A stretch of 64,000 nucleotides of DNA, taken from assembly GCF_004010195.1 (NCBI RefSeq), contig NC_057711.1, forward strand, positions 79,270,866 through 79,334,865, given 5' to 3'. Shown here piece by piece: positions 1-11,624 of this stretch (position 1 is its first letter; the number at the start of each line of letters is the position of its first letter). This stretch comes from Chiloscyllium plagiosum. Taxonomy: Eukaryota. A program made the translations under genes and the position numbers. A model generated the notes under the pieces. That model was given only the letters and a program-made list of their open reading frames with translations. It did not search any database and was not told where the DNA came from.

Positions 1-715
1 CTTTAATAATTCAAAGCTTCCACACCCAGTACCAAACAGGTAAATCTCTTGTCAACCCTCTCCAGTTTGATAATGTCCTCCCTATAACAATATTCCAAAA
101 GTGGCCTCATTAATGTTCTGATCAACCCCAGCATGACTTCCCAACTCCTACAGTCAAAGGACTGAGCAGTGAAGGCAAGCATGCCAAATGCCTTTTTAAC
201 TATATGTCTATATGTGACGCAAACTTCAAAGAATTAAGTACCTGCACGCCAGATCCCTCTATTCTACAATACTACTCGAAGCCCTACCCTTATTTGTTGT
301 ATCAAATGCAATACCGTGCATTTATCCAAATTGAACTCCACCTGCCATTTTTCAGCTCATTGACGCATTTGATCAAGATCCCTTTGTAATCTTAGAAAAC
401 CTTCTTCACTGTCTTCAATGCCAACAATTTTGGTGTCGCCCACAAACTTACTAACCAAGTCTTCTATATGCTTATCCAAATCATTTATAGAAATGACAAA
501 CAAATGAGGACCCCGATCCGAACTCTATGGAACACCATGGTTGCAGGCCTCTAGTCTGAAAAGCAACCCTCCACCATCACTCTCTCCTGCCACTAAGCCA
601 ATTAGCAAGCTCACCCTAAATTCCATGTGACCTGACATTACTAATTAGTCTACCATGTGGAACCTTGTCAAAGGCTTTACTAAATCCAAATAAACAACGT
701 CCACTGCTCTCCCAC
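1..715 (-). mobile_element. CR1-type LINE ORF2 (RT) fragment, decayed
   Basis: Minus strand gives D-V-V-Y-L-D-x-S-K-A-F-D-K-V (about 660-708) and other CR1 RT motifs, with stops and deletions; runs off the window start. Confidence 0.85.
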
Positions 716-799
716 AGCACAACTCTCAGATATTTAAGGGCAAATACTGTGTAGCTCAAGCAGAGTTAGAGAGAGCTTTTAAAATATTCACGAGGTGTT

Positions 800-1520
800 G
801 ACATTGCTGGCAAGGCCAACATTAATTTCTGACTCCCCAACTGCCCTTGAGAAGTTGATGGTGAGCTCTCAGCTTGAATCCTCCAGTCCACAGGCATAAG
901 GAAGCCCATAGTGTTGTTAGGGAGGGAGTTCCAAGCTTAATGACTCTAAAACAGAATTAGAAATAGAATAAGGTTTCATTGTTATGTGTGCCCAAGTATC
1001 GGAATACATGAGTACAAAAGTGCACAAAGTCACCATTCTCCAGCCTCACCTTGGTTACAAACCTAGAATCTCAAAAACAAACAACAGCAGAAATAAAAGA
1101 AAGCTAAAAGGTAAGAAAAACATTCAGATCTCAGTATCCCGAGCCAGTGAAAGAATGATGTTCTAGCTCTAAGTTAGAATTTTGTATGGCTGGAAGGAGA
1201 CATGAAGGTGTTGATATTCTCATGAATGTTTGTCCTTACACTTCAGGTCGTAGAGGTTGTGGGTTTGGAAGATGCTATTGAATAAAACATGGTGAGTCTC
1301 TGAAGTGCATCTTACAGATGGTACATGTTGCTGTCACTGTCCATTAGTTGTGGAGGGAGTGAATGCCTAAGAGGTGGATGGGTCTGTTTTGTCAAGCTTC
1401 TTGAATGTTGTTGGAGCTGCAAGTGGACAGTACTCCATGACAATCCAGATTGCGCCATGTTGACTGGGAGACAGGAGGTAGTTATTCATGACAGAGTTCC
1501 TAGCCTCTAGCCTTGCTTGG
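800..1520 (-). mobile_element. 3' end of a second CR1-clade LINE family, interrupted by an unclassified repeat (about 955-1170)
   Basis: Tail 'gctggcaaggccaacatt...ctgcccttgagaag' is related to the tails at 8130-8260 (+) and 57285-57360 (-). Confidence 0.55.
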
Positions 1521-2049
1521 ACAAACTGAAAGGCACCATCTGATCATTCCCGGCACCCAAATCCTGTTCTGAAATGCTACTTTGTGTTCCAAAATCCAGT
1601 TACATATATCAAAACAAAAGCAGTTGTCATTGCATTGAATTTTAGTGTACCTCACTGCCCACTATTTTTCAGTCTGAAAAACTGGCAATAAGAATGAATC
1701 ACTGGGCAGATAATTATAAGGTGTGGACTACTCTCCTCCCCAGAGGGCGGGCAGTGGTGAGCAGACAGATCAGACAGAAGAAGACCATCTGGGCTGGAAG
1801 ATTGGAGTGTGGGAATTCTGTCAACACTTCAGATGAAACGTCATCCTCTGAAGTTGCTGACCAATCTGATTGGCTGGCAGCTCCAACAGAGATCAGTAGA
1901 AGGTGCCCCTGTGACTGAAGGCAGGCTGGAAATGGGACACTTTCTGGAGGGAGGAAAGATAGGAATATTGTGTTGTGAGCTTTTGCCCATCTTTAGAAGG
2001 GAGGTAAAGGGATGGATGGGTTTTGAAGTAAAATTTTTAGCAATGATGT

Positions 2050-4320
2050 CAAATGTCTGAGTGCCTGTTGATATTTTTCACTCATTAACTCATCAAACTG
2101 ACCATTCTATAGTTACTAGAAATGACATTAAACATTTTTTTTTTGTATGAGGATGTCACATTTGCTACTCTCCAATACTTTGGAAATTCCCTTGTCTTTA
2201 GGAAAGACTGGAAGATCATAGCATCTTCTGCTATCCCCATTCCCACCACTTTAGCAACCTGGAGTGCAATCAATCTAGGCCAGTTGACCTATCCTCTCTA
2301 AGCATAGCCACTTGAAAATTTGGTGTGGCCATAAGGACCCTCACCAATTTCTACAGATGCACCATCGAGAGCATACTGTCTGGGTGCATAATGGCCTGGT
2401 AAGGCAATTGCTCTATCCAGGACTGTAAGAAACTACAGAAGGTTGCGTGCATCCTTCACAGACCATCACAGAAGCCAACTTTCCATCCATGAACTCCATT
2501 TCCATAGCTTGTTGCCACAGGAAGGCTGCCAACACTATCAAAGGCTTATTGCACCCTGGTAATGAACTCCTACAACCTCTTCCATCAGACAGAAGATGCA
2601 TAAGCCTGAACACACACACACAAACACACACAAGCAGGTTCAGGAACAGCTTCTTCCCAGCCGTTATTAGACTAATGAATGGACCTTCTGGCCTCAAATA
2701 ATGCTGATCTTGTTAAGCTGATCCTGCCTTGTGCATGCCATGTGCAATGTAACCTGTATAACTCTGTCTAAAAGTTTTGGATCTGTACACACTGCTACTA
2801 TGATTTGTTTGTACTGCTTGTTAACAAAGCTTTTCACTGTACCTCAGTACACATGACAATAAGTAAATCAATTAATCAATCACATTTCCCAGTACATCCT
2901 TCCTATCAATTTTCACCCCATTTGTCACCATCTTCTTCCTTAGTAAACACCAATATCTAGTGCTTAGTAGGTACTTTGGCTTTGCCTTGTGTCACAAATG
3001 AATATGCCAGCATATTTACCTCTAATAGACCCCCAACTCTCCTCCTGTTACCCACTTACTATTTATATGCCAATGGAAGATTTTTGACAATCCCTTGATG
3101 TTAACAGATATTCTGCTCTCATATTCTCTCTTCATCAATTGCCTGTATACCTTCTTCTCACTCTTTCAAGCAATTGTATTTGGCCTGATTCTAGCTTGAA
3201 GAATTTCACTGACATGCACCAACACTCTCTTTATTTCTTCTTTACATTCTCAATGCCTCTCTTCAACCAAGGAACTCTGGTTTTGATTCCCTCACTTTGC
3301 ATTCTTGTCTGAATGTACTCAGCTTACACTGAAAACATAACTTCCTCAAAGGTTACGCATTGATCTGTTCGATTTTCCTGTCAAGATTCTTTCATTTTAC
3401 CCTGACTTGATTAATCAAACATTCAATTGAAATTAGCCCCCTTCTGAGTTGAACCAAGAACATCCTGCTGAAGGAAGTTCTTCTGAATACATTTCTGTAA
3501 TTCCTCCCCATCCTTATCTATTATTCTAATATTATGCTATTTAATATTTGTGTAATTAAGATTTCTATATCATTACTCCAGGTCTTGCAAATCTTTCTGA
3601 TTTTTATTGCAAATTTGCTTTTTTAACCCTGTCCTGTAATTTGGATGTCTATAAAATACCTTCAATAGTGTGATCAATTTTTTATGCTTCTCAAATTTAA
3701 CTAACTGGATTCTGATTTTTATTCCAGCGGTGATATTCTCTCTTTGCAGCACTACCATGTCTTCCCTAGTCAGTGCGGTTACCCACTTCCCTGTAATTTT
3801 TCCCCTATTTTTTCTGAACATTTTGTATCATTAAATACTACACAGCCAGTGCTCACCATTTAAAATTCATGTTTCTTATGGCCACTACATCACAATCTCA
3901 CATAGCTATTGTTCCTTGTAGTATAGTAACTTTATTCACCACAAATTGTACATTTACAAATATGTTTTTGTTTTCCTCATGCTCTTTTTTGATATGCTTC
4001 TATCTAATATGGTACTATTATGACTATCTAAAACTCTCTCTGCTCTGTACATCCTATTTTGCTTTCCTGTTTCTCTATATTGCTTCCTACCCTATTGCCA
4101 ATTTAGTGTAAATCCTCCCAATTACACTAGTGAATCTTGCCAAACACCTTTGGTCCCATTTATGTTAGCGTGGAACTCCTCCCTGTTAAACAGGTGCCTC
4201 CTATCACAAAATTAATTCCAATATTCTAAGAAACTGAACCCCTCCTACCCTATGTATTGACCCTCCTCATCTTTCTATTTCTACTCACATTAATGTATAG
4301 CACTGAGCCCTTCAGAGTTT
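2050..4320 (-). mobile_element. Old CR1-type LINE ORF2 N-terminal half (endonuclease/linker), split by a Rex1 insertion
   Basis: ORF 2085..2273 'IFQSFLKTREFPKYWRVANVTSSYKK...NYRMVSLMS' and ORF 3573..3821 'LITLLKVFYRHPN' resemble CR1 ORF2. Confidence 0.7.
2315..2880 (+). mobile_element. Rex1/Babar-type LINE 3' fragment
   Basis: Encodes LTNFYRCTIESILSGCIMAW*GNC and HPGNELLQPLPSDRR...RFRNSFFPAVIRLMN; ends in aatc-like repeats. Confidence 0.85.
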
Positions 4321-4804
4321 ATTACAGTATAAAATGGCAAAAATAAAATTCAAGGAAGCCATAAACATTAGCAATGCAACACAATATTACGATGATCCAG
4401 AACTGCCAGTATTACAGTGCACGAATTTGTGTTCATTGAATTTATGGATTATTGGATTCCATGAGAAATTTGTCAACTTACACCCAACATTCAACCCCTC
4501 CTTACATATTACCATTATGTTGATAATATGTTTGCTATATTTGAAAGTTGAGGTGCATTTGTGTGAAGTTGCTTCATTACTCCATCCCATGTACAAATGC
4601 ATGCTTGAAATGAAGCAGTGAAATGAGTTCTTTTTTCTCTTTGGCATAGTCTACTACTGCCTATCACAAAAATGTCTTAATTGTTCTGTATCCACATTAT
4701 GATTCCTACATTTCCATCTGCTATAAGTTTGGCTTTATTAGCAACCTAGGAAATGTGCCCTGAGCTATTTGTTCTCCCTGCCATTTGTGATGCTGAAAAA
4801 ATAT

Positions 4805-6750
4805 CATAAGACCTTAAGATCATAAGACATAGGAGCATAAATTAGGCCATTCAGCGAACTGATTTTGCTCCACCATTCAATTATGGCTGGTAAGGTTCTC
4901 ACCCCCATTGTCCCGCTTTCTCCCTGTTACCCTTGATCGCTTTCATACTCAATAACCTATCTATCTCTGTCTTAAATACACTCAATGACCTGGCCTCAAC
5001 AGCCTTCTGTGGCAATGAATTCCATAGGTTCACCATTCTCTGGCTGAACAAGTTTCTCCTTTTCTCAGTTCTAAAAGGTTTTCCCTTTACTCTCAGGCCA
5101 TGCCTTGACGTCCTAATCTCTCCCATCAATGGAAACATCTTCCCAACATGTACTCTGTCCAGATCATTCAGTATTCTGTATGTTTCAATTAGATTCCTCC
5201 TTATCCTTCTAAACCCTTCAAGTATAAACTCAGATTCCTCAAACGTATTTCATATGTTAAGCTTTTCATTCATGGAACCATTCTCATGCACCTTGTCTGA
5301 ATATGCTCTAGGGCCAGGACATCCTTCCTGAGATATGGGGCCCAAAATTGTACACAATACTCCAAATGTGGTCTGACTAGAACCTTATAGAGCCTCAGAA
5401 ATATATCCCTGCTTTTATATTCAAGTCCTCTCGAAACAAATGCCATCATAGTATTTGTCTTCCTAACTGCTGACTCAATCTGCAAGTTTACTTTGAGAGA
5501 ATCCTGGACAAGAACTCTCAAGTCTCTTTGCACATCAGACTTCTGAATTTTCTTCCCCTTTAGAAAATGGTCCATGGCTTTGTTCTTCCTACTAATGTGC
5601 ATGACCTCACACTTTCCCACATTATACTCCATCTGCCACTTCTTTGCCCACTCTCCTAAGCTATCTGAATCCTTCTGCACCATCCCCACCTCCTCAATGC
5701 TACCTGTCCCTCTACGTACGTTTGTATCTTCTGCAAACTTAGCCAAAATGCCCTCAGGTCCTTCATCTAGATCATTAATATATAAAGTGAAAAGTTGTGG
5801 TCCCAACACTGAGTCTTGCAGAACACCACTTGTCACTGGTTGTCATCCTGAGAAGGACCCTTTTATCCTCATTCTCTGCTTTCTGCCAGACAGCCAAGCT
5901 TCTATCCATGCTGGCATCCTGCCTCTAACACAATGGGTCCTTATCTTACTCAGTAGCCTCCTATGCAGCAACTTATCAAAGGCTTTCTTAAAGTCCAGGT
6001 AGATGCTATCCATTGGCTCTCCTTGGTCTAACCTGCTTGTTACTTCCTCAAAGAATTCTCGCAGATTTGACAGGCATGACCTCCCTTGATGAAACCATGC
6101 TGACTTTGCCCTATTTTACTATACACTTCCAAGTATTCAGAAAACTCAACCTTCACAATGGACTTCAGGATCTTACCCATGACCGAGATTAGGCTAATCA
6201 CTCTGCAATTTTCCATCTTTTGCCTTACTACATTTTTAAACAGGGCTGTCATGTTAGCGATTTTCCAGTCCTCTGGGACCCTCCCTGATTCTAGCCATTC
6301 CTAAAAAATCACCACTAACACCTCCACTATCTCTTCAGCTATCTCCCTTAGAACTCTGGGTGTAGTCCATCTGATCCAGGTGATTTTTCCACCTTCAGGC
6401 CATTCAGTTTTTCTAGTACCTTCTCTTCAGTGATGGCCACCATATGCAGCTTTACCCCCTCACTCTCTCGAATTTTTGTGATATTACTCATGTCTTCCAC
6501 TATGAAGACTGGCTCAAAGTAATTATTCAGTTCCTCAGCCATTTCCTTGATCACCACTACTATCTCCCCAGTGTCATTTTTCAGTGGTCTGATGTCTACT
6601 TTTGCCTCTCGTTTGCCCTTTATATATCTAAAGAAACTATTACAGTCTTCCTTTATATTACTTGCTAGCCTACCCTCATATTTAATCTTCTCCTTCCAAA
6701 CTTCTTTTTTGTTGCCCTCTGTTAGTCTTTGTAAGTTTCCCAATCCTCTG
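4805..6750 (-). mobile_element. CR1-type LINE 3' 1.9 kb (RT domain + 3'UTR), frameshifted
   Basis: ORFs 6348..6827, 6040..6252, 5270..5836 (GVLQDSVLGPQLFTLYINDLD, KFAEDT, LVRPHLEYCVQFWAPY) and 4899..5138; short-repeat tail at about 4805-4830. Confidence 0.92.
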
Positions 6751-6964
6751 AAATAGAGCACATCCAATAGGATAATGGCAACCCTAATCATATTATTTAT
6801 CACAGTATATTGCAAAAAAAACCACACAAGCCCTCTGACCTGGTCACTCTTGGTTGTTATTCCCAGGCTACCTCAGGTGAAGGTATCTGAAAGGTTTTAG
6901 CAACAGGTGAAGCTAGCTGCTTTATGCTACTACTATGCAGCAGCAACATGATTAATGTGTACGA

Positions 6965-7950
6965 TTAAGAGGATGCTCGTACCAAGTGAGAAAGACAATA
7001 TGCCCATCACAAACAATGAATAATGAAGTATATATGTGTTTCAATACCAGTGTGATGCCTGGTATGTAGATTGTATGTCACGAAGACTGCCAAATTGTAT
7101 CAAACAGCATTTCTCTTTAGCTGTTCACAAAAACAAAGTACTGACTATAATCAAACAGAACATTCTTGCAAAACTTACAAAGCAGTTTCTGACATTAGTT
7201 GTTGTCCAATCTGCAATTAAACAATATTTATTGGATAATCCTGAATTTCAGCAGCATGGTGGCTCAGTGGTTAGTACTGTGGCCTCACCGTGCCAGGGAC
7301 TGGAGTTTGACTCCAGCATTGGACGACTGTCTGTGTCAAGTCTGCATGTTCTCTCCATGTCTTCCTGGGAATCTCTGGGTACTCCAGTTTGCACCCACAA
7401 TTCAAAGTGTAGGTTAGGTGGATTAGCCATGCTAAGTTGCTTCATAGTGTGCAGGCTAGGTGGGTTAACTATAGCAAATGTGAGGTTATGGAAATAGGAT
7501 GGGATCCTCTTTAGAGGGTCAGTGCAGACTTGATGGGCTGAATGGCCTCTATCCGCACTGCAGGGATTCTATGAGTGTGTACTGGAAGTTACATTCATTA
7601 ACATGGCCCTGTTGTTGCAGACAGAAAAAAAATGTACAGGCACTGTGCTTGTTACAAAGTAGGTGATAGCTATTCATTAGCTCATTTTTATGATGATGCC
7701 CTGACCAGTAAAAGTCAAACTTCCCAGTTTAAAGTTGAAACAGATCCTGACAGTTAACTGTTAATCATCAATAACTGGTGCATGCTCCGTGGCAATGTGT
7801 CCACTAATCAGTGGCTACTTGTCAAGCATTTTTGTCTCATGTAGTATGAATATTGCACATGACTTGGTACTCTTGTGAATTATCCTGAGGAATGTGAGAC
7901 AAAAGTCTTCAACAAAATGTGTCTTTTTCAGCAGTACTCAAGTTCTGTCC
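6965..7950 (+). mobile_element. Old Penelope-like element fragment (GIY-YIG + terminus), interrupted by HE1
   Basis: ORF 7036.. 'FQYQCDAWYVDCMSRRLPNCIKQH...SAIKQYLLDNPE' resembles a PLE GIY-YIG endonuclease; degenerate hammerhead-like 'cctgaggaatgtgagacaaaag' near 7885. Confidence 0.65.
7250..7574 (+). mobile_element. HE1/V-SINE-type tRNA-derived SINE
   Basis: A-box 'tggctcagtgg', body 'gactgtctgtgt...ttctctccatgtct', tail 'gggattctatga'; matches the other copies in the window. Confidence 0.85.
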
Positions 7951-8119
7951 TATTAAACAGCTAAAGATAACATAGATCAACTTGATATGTAGAAATCAAT
8001 CTAAATACAATTCAGATAAGAGTAAAGAAAACATAAAGCGACAGGCAGACAAAGTAAATTAGACCATTTTTTGTGTGCAGAAGTTTCCCAGCTTATGAAT
8101 GCCCAACTCACAAATGTTT

Positions 8120-8262
8120 GTCCCTTACCTGGTCTGGCTTACACGTGACTCCAGACCTATAGCAATGTGGTTGACTCTTAAATGCCCTCTGGGCTGTTAG
8201 GAATGGGCAATAAATGTTAATTTGGCCTGTGATGCCCACATCCTGTGAATGAATAAAAAAAG
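8120..8262 (+). mobile_element. LINE/SINE 3' tail fragment
   Basis: 'gggcaataaatg...gatgcccacatcctgtgaatgaataaaaaa', related to the tails at 800-930 and 57285-57360. Confidence 0.55.
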
Positions 8263-8264
8263 AA

Positions 8265-10690
8265 ATCCAAGAAGACTACCTTAAATGCAGGCTAAGGCTA
8301 GAATAAAGAAGGTTAAGAGGAAGCATGAGAAAAGAATGGCAGGCTGTGCTAAACAAAGAGTAAAATGTTCTTCAAACATTTTAATAGTAAAAGACTGGTG
8401 AAAGATAAAGTGGGGCCCAAGCAAGGAACAAGCAGAGTAAGCTGCTGACTGAAGCAAAGGGTGTGGCAGAAGTACAAAATGAATACTTTGCTTCAATGTT
8501 CACCAAATTAGAAAATGGTGACAATGCCCCAGTTGAAAATATGGGTGTTGAACAACTGAGCAGTACAGTGACAGATAAAGAAGAGGCGCTAAAAAGGTTG
8601 GCAGCATTCCAGGTGAAGAAGTCTCCAGGGCCGGATGGGATGCAGCTTAGATTGCTGAGAGAGGTTGGCAAAGCTATTGACAGATATTTTTCATCTGCTC
8701 TAAATATAAAATTAGTCCTGGTGAACTGGATTGAAAATGCTTTGCTTTTTTTTAAGAAAGGGGCAAAGGATTACTCATGAAACTAATGATTTGGAGATGC
8801 CGGTGTTGGACTGGGGTGTACAAAGTTAAAAATCACACAACACCAGGTTATAGTCCAACAGGTTTAATTGGAAGCACTAGCTTTCAGAGCACCGCTCCTT
8901 CATCAAATGGTTGTGCAGTACTCCACAACCACCTAATGAAGGAGCGGCACTCTGAAAGCTACTGCTTCCAATTAAACCTGTTGGACTATAACCTGGTGTT
9001 GTGTGATTTTTAACTCAGGAAACTAAAGACCTGACTGCTTGACATCAATGATTGGAAAACTGAAGGTGGCTAGTATAAGGAATAAGTTTAATATGCGGTT
9101 AGGGAAAAATAAGTTAATACTAGACATGCAAGGGCAGATCATGGCTGACAAATTTAATTGAATTCTTTGATGAGGTGACACCAGCAGTAGATGAAGGCAG
9201 TGCTGTAGAAGCTGTATATTTCGACTTTCAGGAATCATTTCTTTTGGTGCTATATAGCAGGTTGGTTAGCAAATTAGAAATATTTGGAATTGATGGATCC
9301 TTAGCAGCATGGATCAGAAGTTGGCGAAAAGATAAGAAATAGAGGGTAGATATAGATAGGCATTTCTCAGAATGGAGACAAATTGAAAGTGGTGAAGTTT
9401 CCACAGGGATCAGTGTTGGGACCTTTTTTTTTACTTTATATAAATAATTTAGAGATGTGTGTTGAGGGAAAAATCTTTAAATTTGTGGCTGATACAAAGC
9501 TAGGAAAACTGTGAATTGTGAGGATGTGGCTGAGCAACTTCAAAGGAACATTGACAATTTCGCCAAATGGGCAGATACCTCACAGATGAAATTCAATGCA
9601 GAGAAATGTGACGTAATGCATTTAAGAAGACAGTACAGGCTTAGTGCTACAAATTAGAGGTGAGTACAAGAGCAGAGGGATCGCAGGGTTCAACTGCATA
9701 ATTCTCTGAAAGTGGCCAGGCAAGCTGAAACCTTTGTTAAGAAAGTTTATACGATCCTTGAGTTTGTAAATAGAGGCATATAGTTTAAAAGCAAGGAAGT
9801 GATGCTCCACCTGTACAGGTCACAAGTCATAGATGAAGATTCTCTTAAAGTTAATACACAGGCTCAGTTGGCAGATAGGAAGGCAAATGCAACGTTAGCA
9901 TTCATTTCAAAGGAATTGAATACAAGAGCAAGGATACATTGCTGAGGCTGTGTAAGGCTCTGGTCAAACTGCATTTGCAATATTGTGAGTTGTTTTGGTC
10001 CCTGTATTTAAGGAAGAATGTGCTGGCCTTGGAGGAGGCCCAGGGGCGGTTTACCAGTGTGATCCTGGGAATGACAAGCTTGTCATGTGAAGAGCAGTTG
10101 AGTACTCTGAGTCTATTTGGTATTTAGTAGAATGATAAGGGCAAGGGGCTTGGCATTTGAGTGAAACTTACAGAATACTGAGAGACCTGGAGAGAATGGG
10201 CATAGAGGAAATGTTTCACTAGTAGGGGGAGTTACAATCTGAGGGCACAACATCTGAGCCAAGGGATGACACTTTAGAACTGAAATGAGGAGAAATTTCT
10301 TCAGCTAAATGCTGGTGAAGGTATGGAACTTATTGTCACAGAATGCTGTGGAGGTCAAGTTATTGAGCATATTTTAGACAGAGATGGACAGATTCTTGAT
10401 TAGTAAGGGGATAAAAGGTGAAGGGGAGAAGGCAGAAGAATGGGGTTGAGAAACATGTCAGCCATGATCAAATAGTGGAGCAGACTCAATGGGCCAAATG
10501 GCTTAATTCTGCTCCTATATTGTGTGGTCTTATGTTCAAGACAGAATTCAGAGATTAATGACATCAAGGGATATGGAGCTAATGCAGGAAAGTCACACTG
10601 AATTTAATAATCAACCATGATCCAATTGAATGGTGGAACTGGATCAATGGGCTGAATACTGTTGATATATTCCTTCACTATTGCCCTGCC
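8265..10690 (+). mobile_element. Nested CR1-type LINE fragments (older copy 8265-9815 and 10540-10690; younger 3' end about 9820-10535)
   Basis: 'MAEVQNEYFASMFT', 'KSPGPDGMQLRLLRE', 'ccacagggatcagtgttggga' (PQGSVLG), ORF 9939 'LVKLHLQYCELFWSLYLRKNVLALE'; two 3'UTR tails. Confidence 0.85.
8787..9012. mobile_element. Fold-back non-coding Penelope-derived unit with hammerhead motifs and 14-bp imperfect TSD
   Basis: Inverted arms 8824-8916 / 8923-9015 centred on AGTACT; flanks actcatgaaactaa (8773-8786) and actcaggaaactaa (9013-9026). Confidence 0.8.
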
Positions 10691-11086
10691 ATATTTAACA
10701 AACATATCAGTGATTTCTTTTTGGAGAAGCTCAGGTTGAGGTTCTAGACGTAGGTTTGCTCGCTGAGCTGGAAGGTTCATTTTCAGATGTTTCATCACCA
10801 TACTAAGTAACATCTTCAGTGAGCCTCTAGACAAAGCACTGCTGGTGTTTCCTGATTTCCAGGGTACATGAACATCAACTAGCCACAAAACGACATGACC
10901 CTCTCTCACTAGTATTTTTACATATAGATAAGGAAGGACACAACTTTGACTGGGATAACACATCTATCCTAGGACAAGCCAAACAGAGACATGCACGAGA
11001 ATTCCTAGAAGCATGGCATTCCAACCGGAACTCTATCAACAAATGCATTGACTTGGATCCCATTTTCCACCCCCTGAGAAAAAGAA

Positions 11087-11140
11087 CAGGAAATGACATC
11101 ACTACAGGAAATGATGTCACCACAGGAAATGGCATCACCA
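11087..11140 (+). repeat. 3 x 18-bp tandem repeat (acaggaaatgacatcacc-like)
   Basis: acaggaaatgacatcact / acaggaaatgatgtcacc / acaggaaatggcatcacc read directly. Confidence 0.9.
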
Positions 11141-11203
11141 ACCTAAGAAAACCCAAACATATAAATGGAATGCAGGAAACACCAGCAGTGTTTCATCTGG
11201 AGG

Positions 11204-11245
11204 TTCACTGAAGATGTTACCTATTATGGTGACGAAATGTCTGAA
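11204..11245 (+). ncRNA. Minimal type I hammerhead ribozyme motif (one CpG decay in stem III)
   Basis: ttca-CTGAAGA-t-gttacc-tattat-ggtgac-GAAA-tgtc-tgaa: stem I ttca/tgaa, stem II gttacc/ggtgac. Confidence 0.7.
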
Positions 11246-11624
11246 AATGATTCTTCCAGCTCAGCTAGCAAACCTACATCCACAACATATCGGTGAGTTT
11301 CTTAATTGTCACAGAGGAATCAAAGCTCAAATCTTTAAGTAAAATAAAAGGTGATTTTATGAGTAAATTAACATTTAGAATTAAAATCCATGAGACCCTG
11401 ATTCTAAATACAACTCTTATCATAACAATCTTCAAAATCACTAAAAGATTTTTTTACTGTGATATGTACTCATTGCTTAACATCATGATTATTAATTTAC
11501 TGTACTTTTTATTCCTTCCACAATTCTCCTAACTGCTTCTACATCTCAACCACACCCTTTTCCTGCCATGCTTGTCAACGTTTTCTTCCATTCCATATCA
11601 TATCCATTGCTTGAAGGGCTTGTC

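Larger units (their letters stand above)
10720..11283 (+). mobile_element. 5'-truncated Penelope-like element with inverted terminal (pLTR) copy
   Basis: Encodes HEHQLATKRHDPLSL...FDWDNTSILGQAKQRHAREFLEAWHS (GIY-YIG C-terminus); 10740-10860 is the inverse of 11165-11285; imperfect direct repeat of about 19 bp at 10701-10719 / 11284-11303. Confidence 0.85.

Noticed and set aside
1690..1990. GC-richer block with ccaatctgattgg palindrome
   Set aside because: Probably an old non-autonomous DNA element, but I cannot identify termini or a family.
11087..11140. Regularly spaced repeats suggesting a CRISPR-like array
   Set aside because: Head-to-tail 18-mers with no unique spacers, inside a eukaryotic Penelope element.
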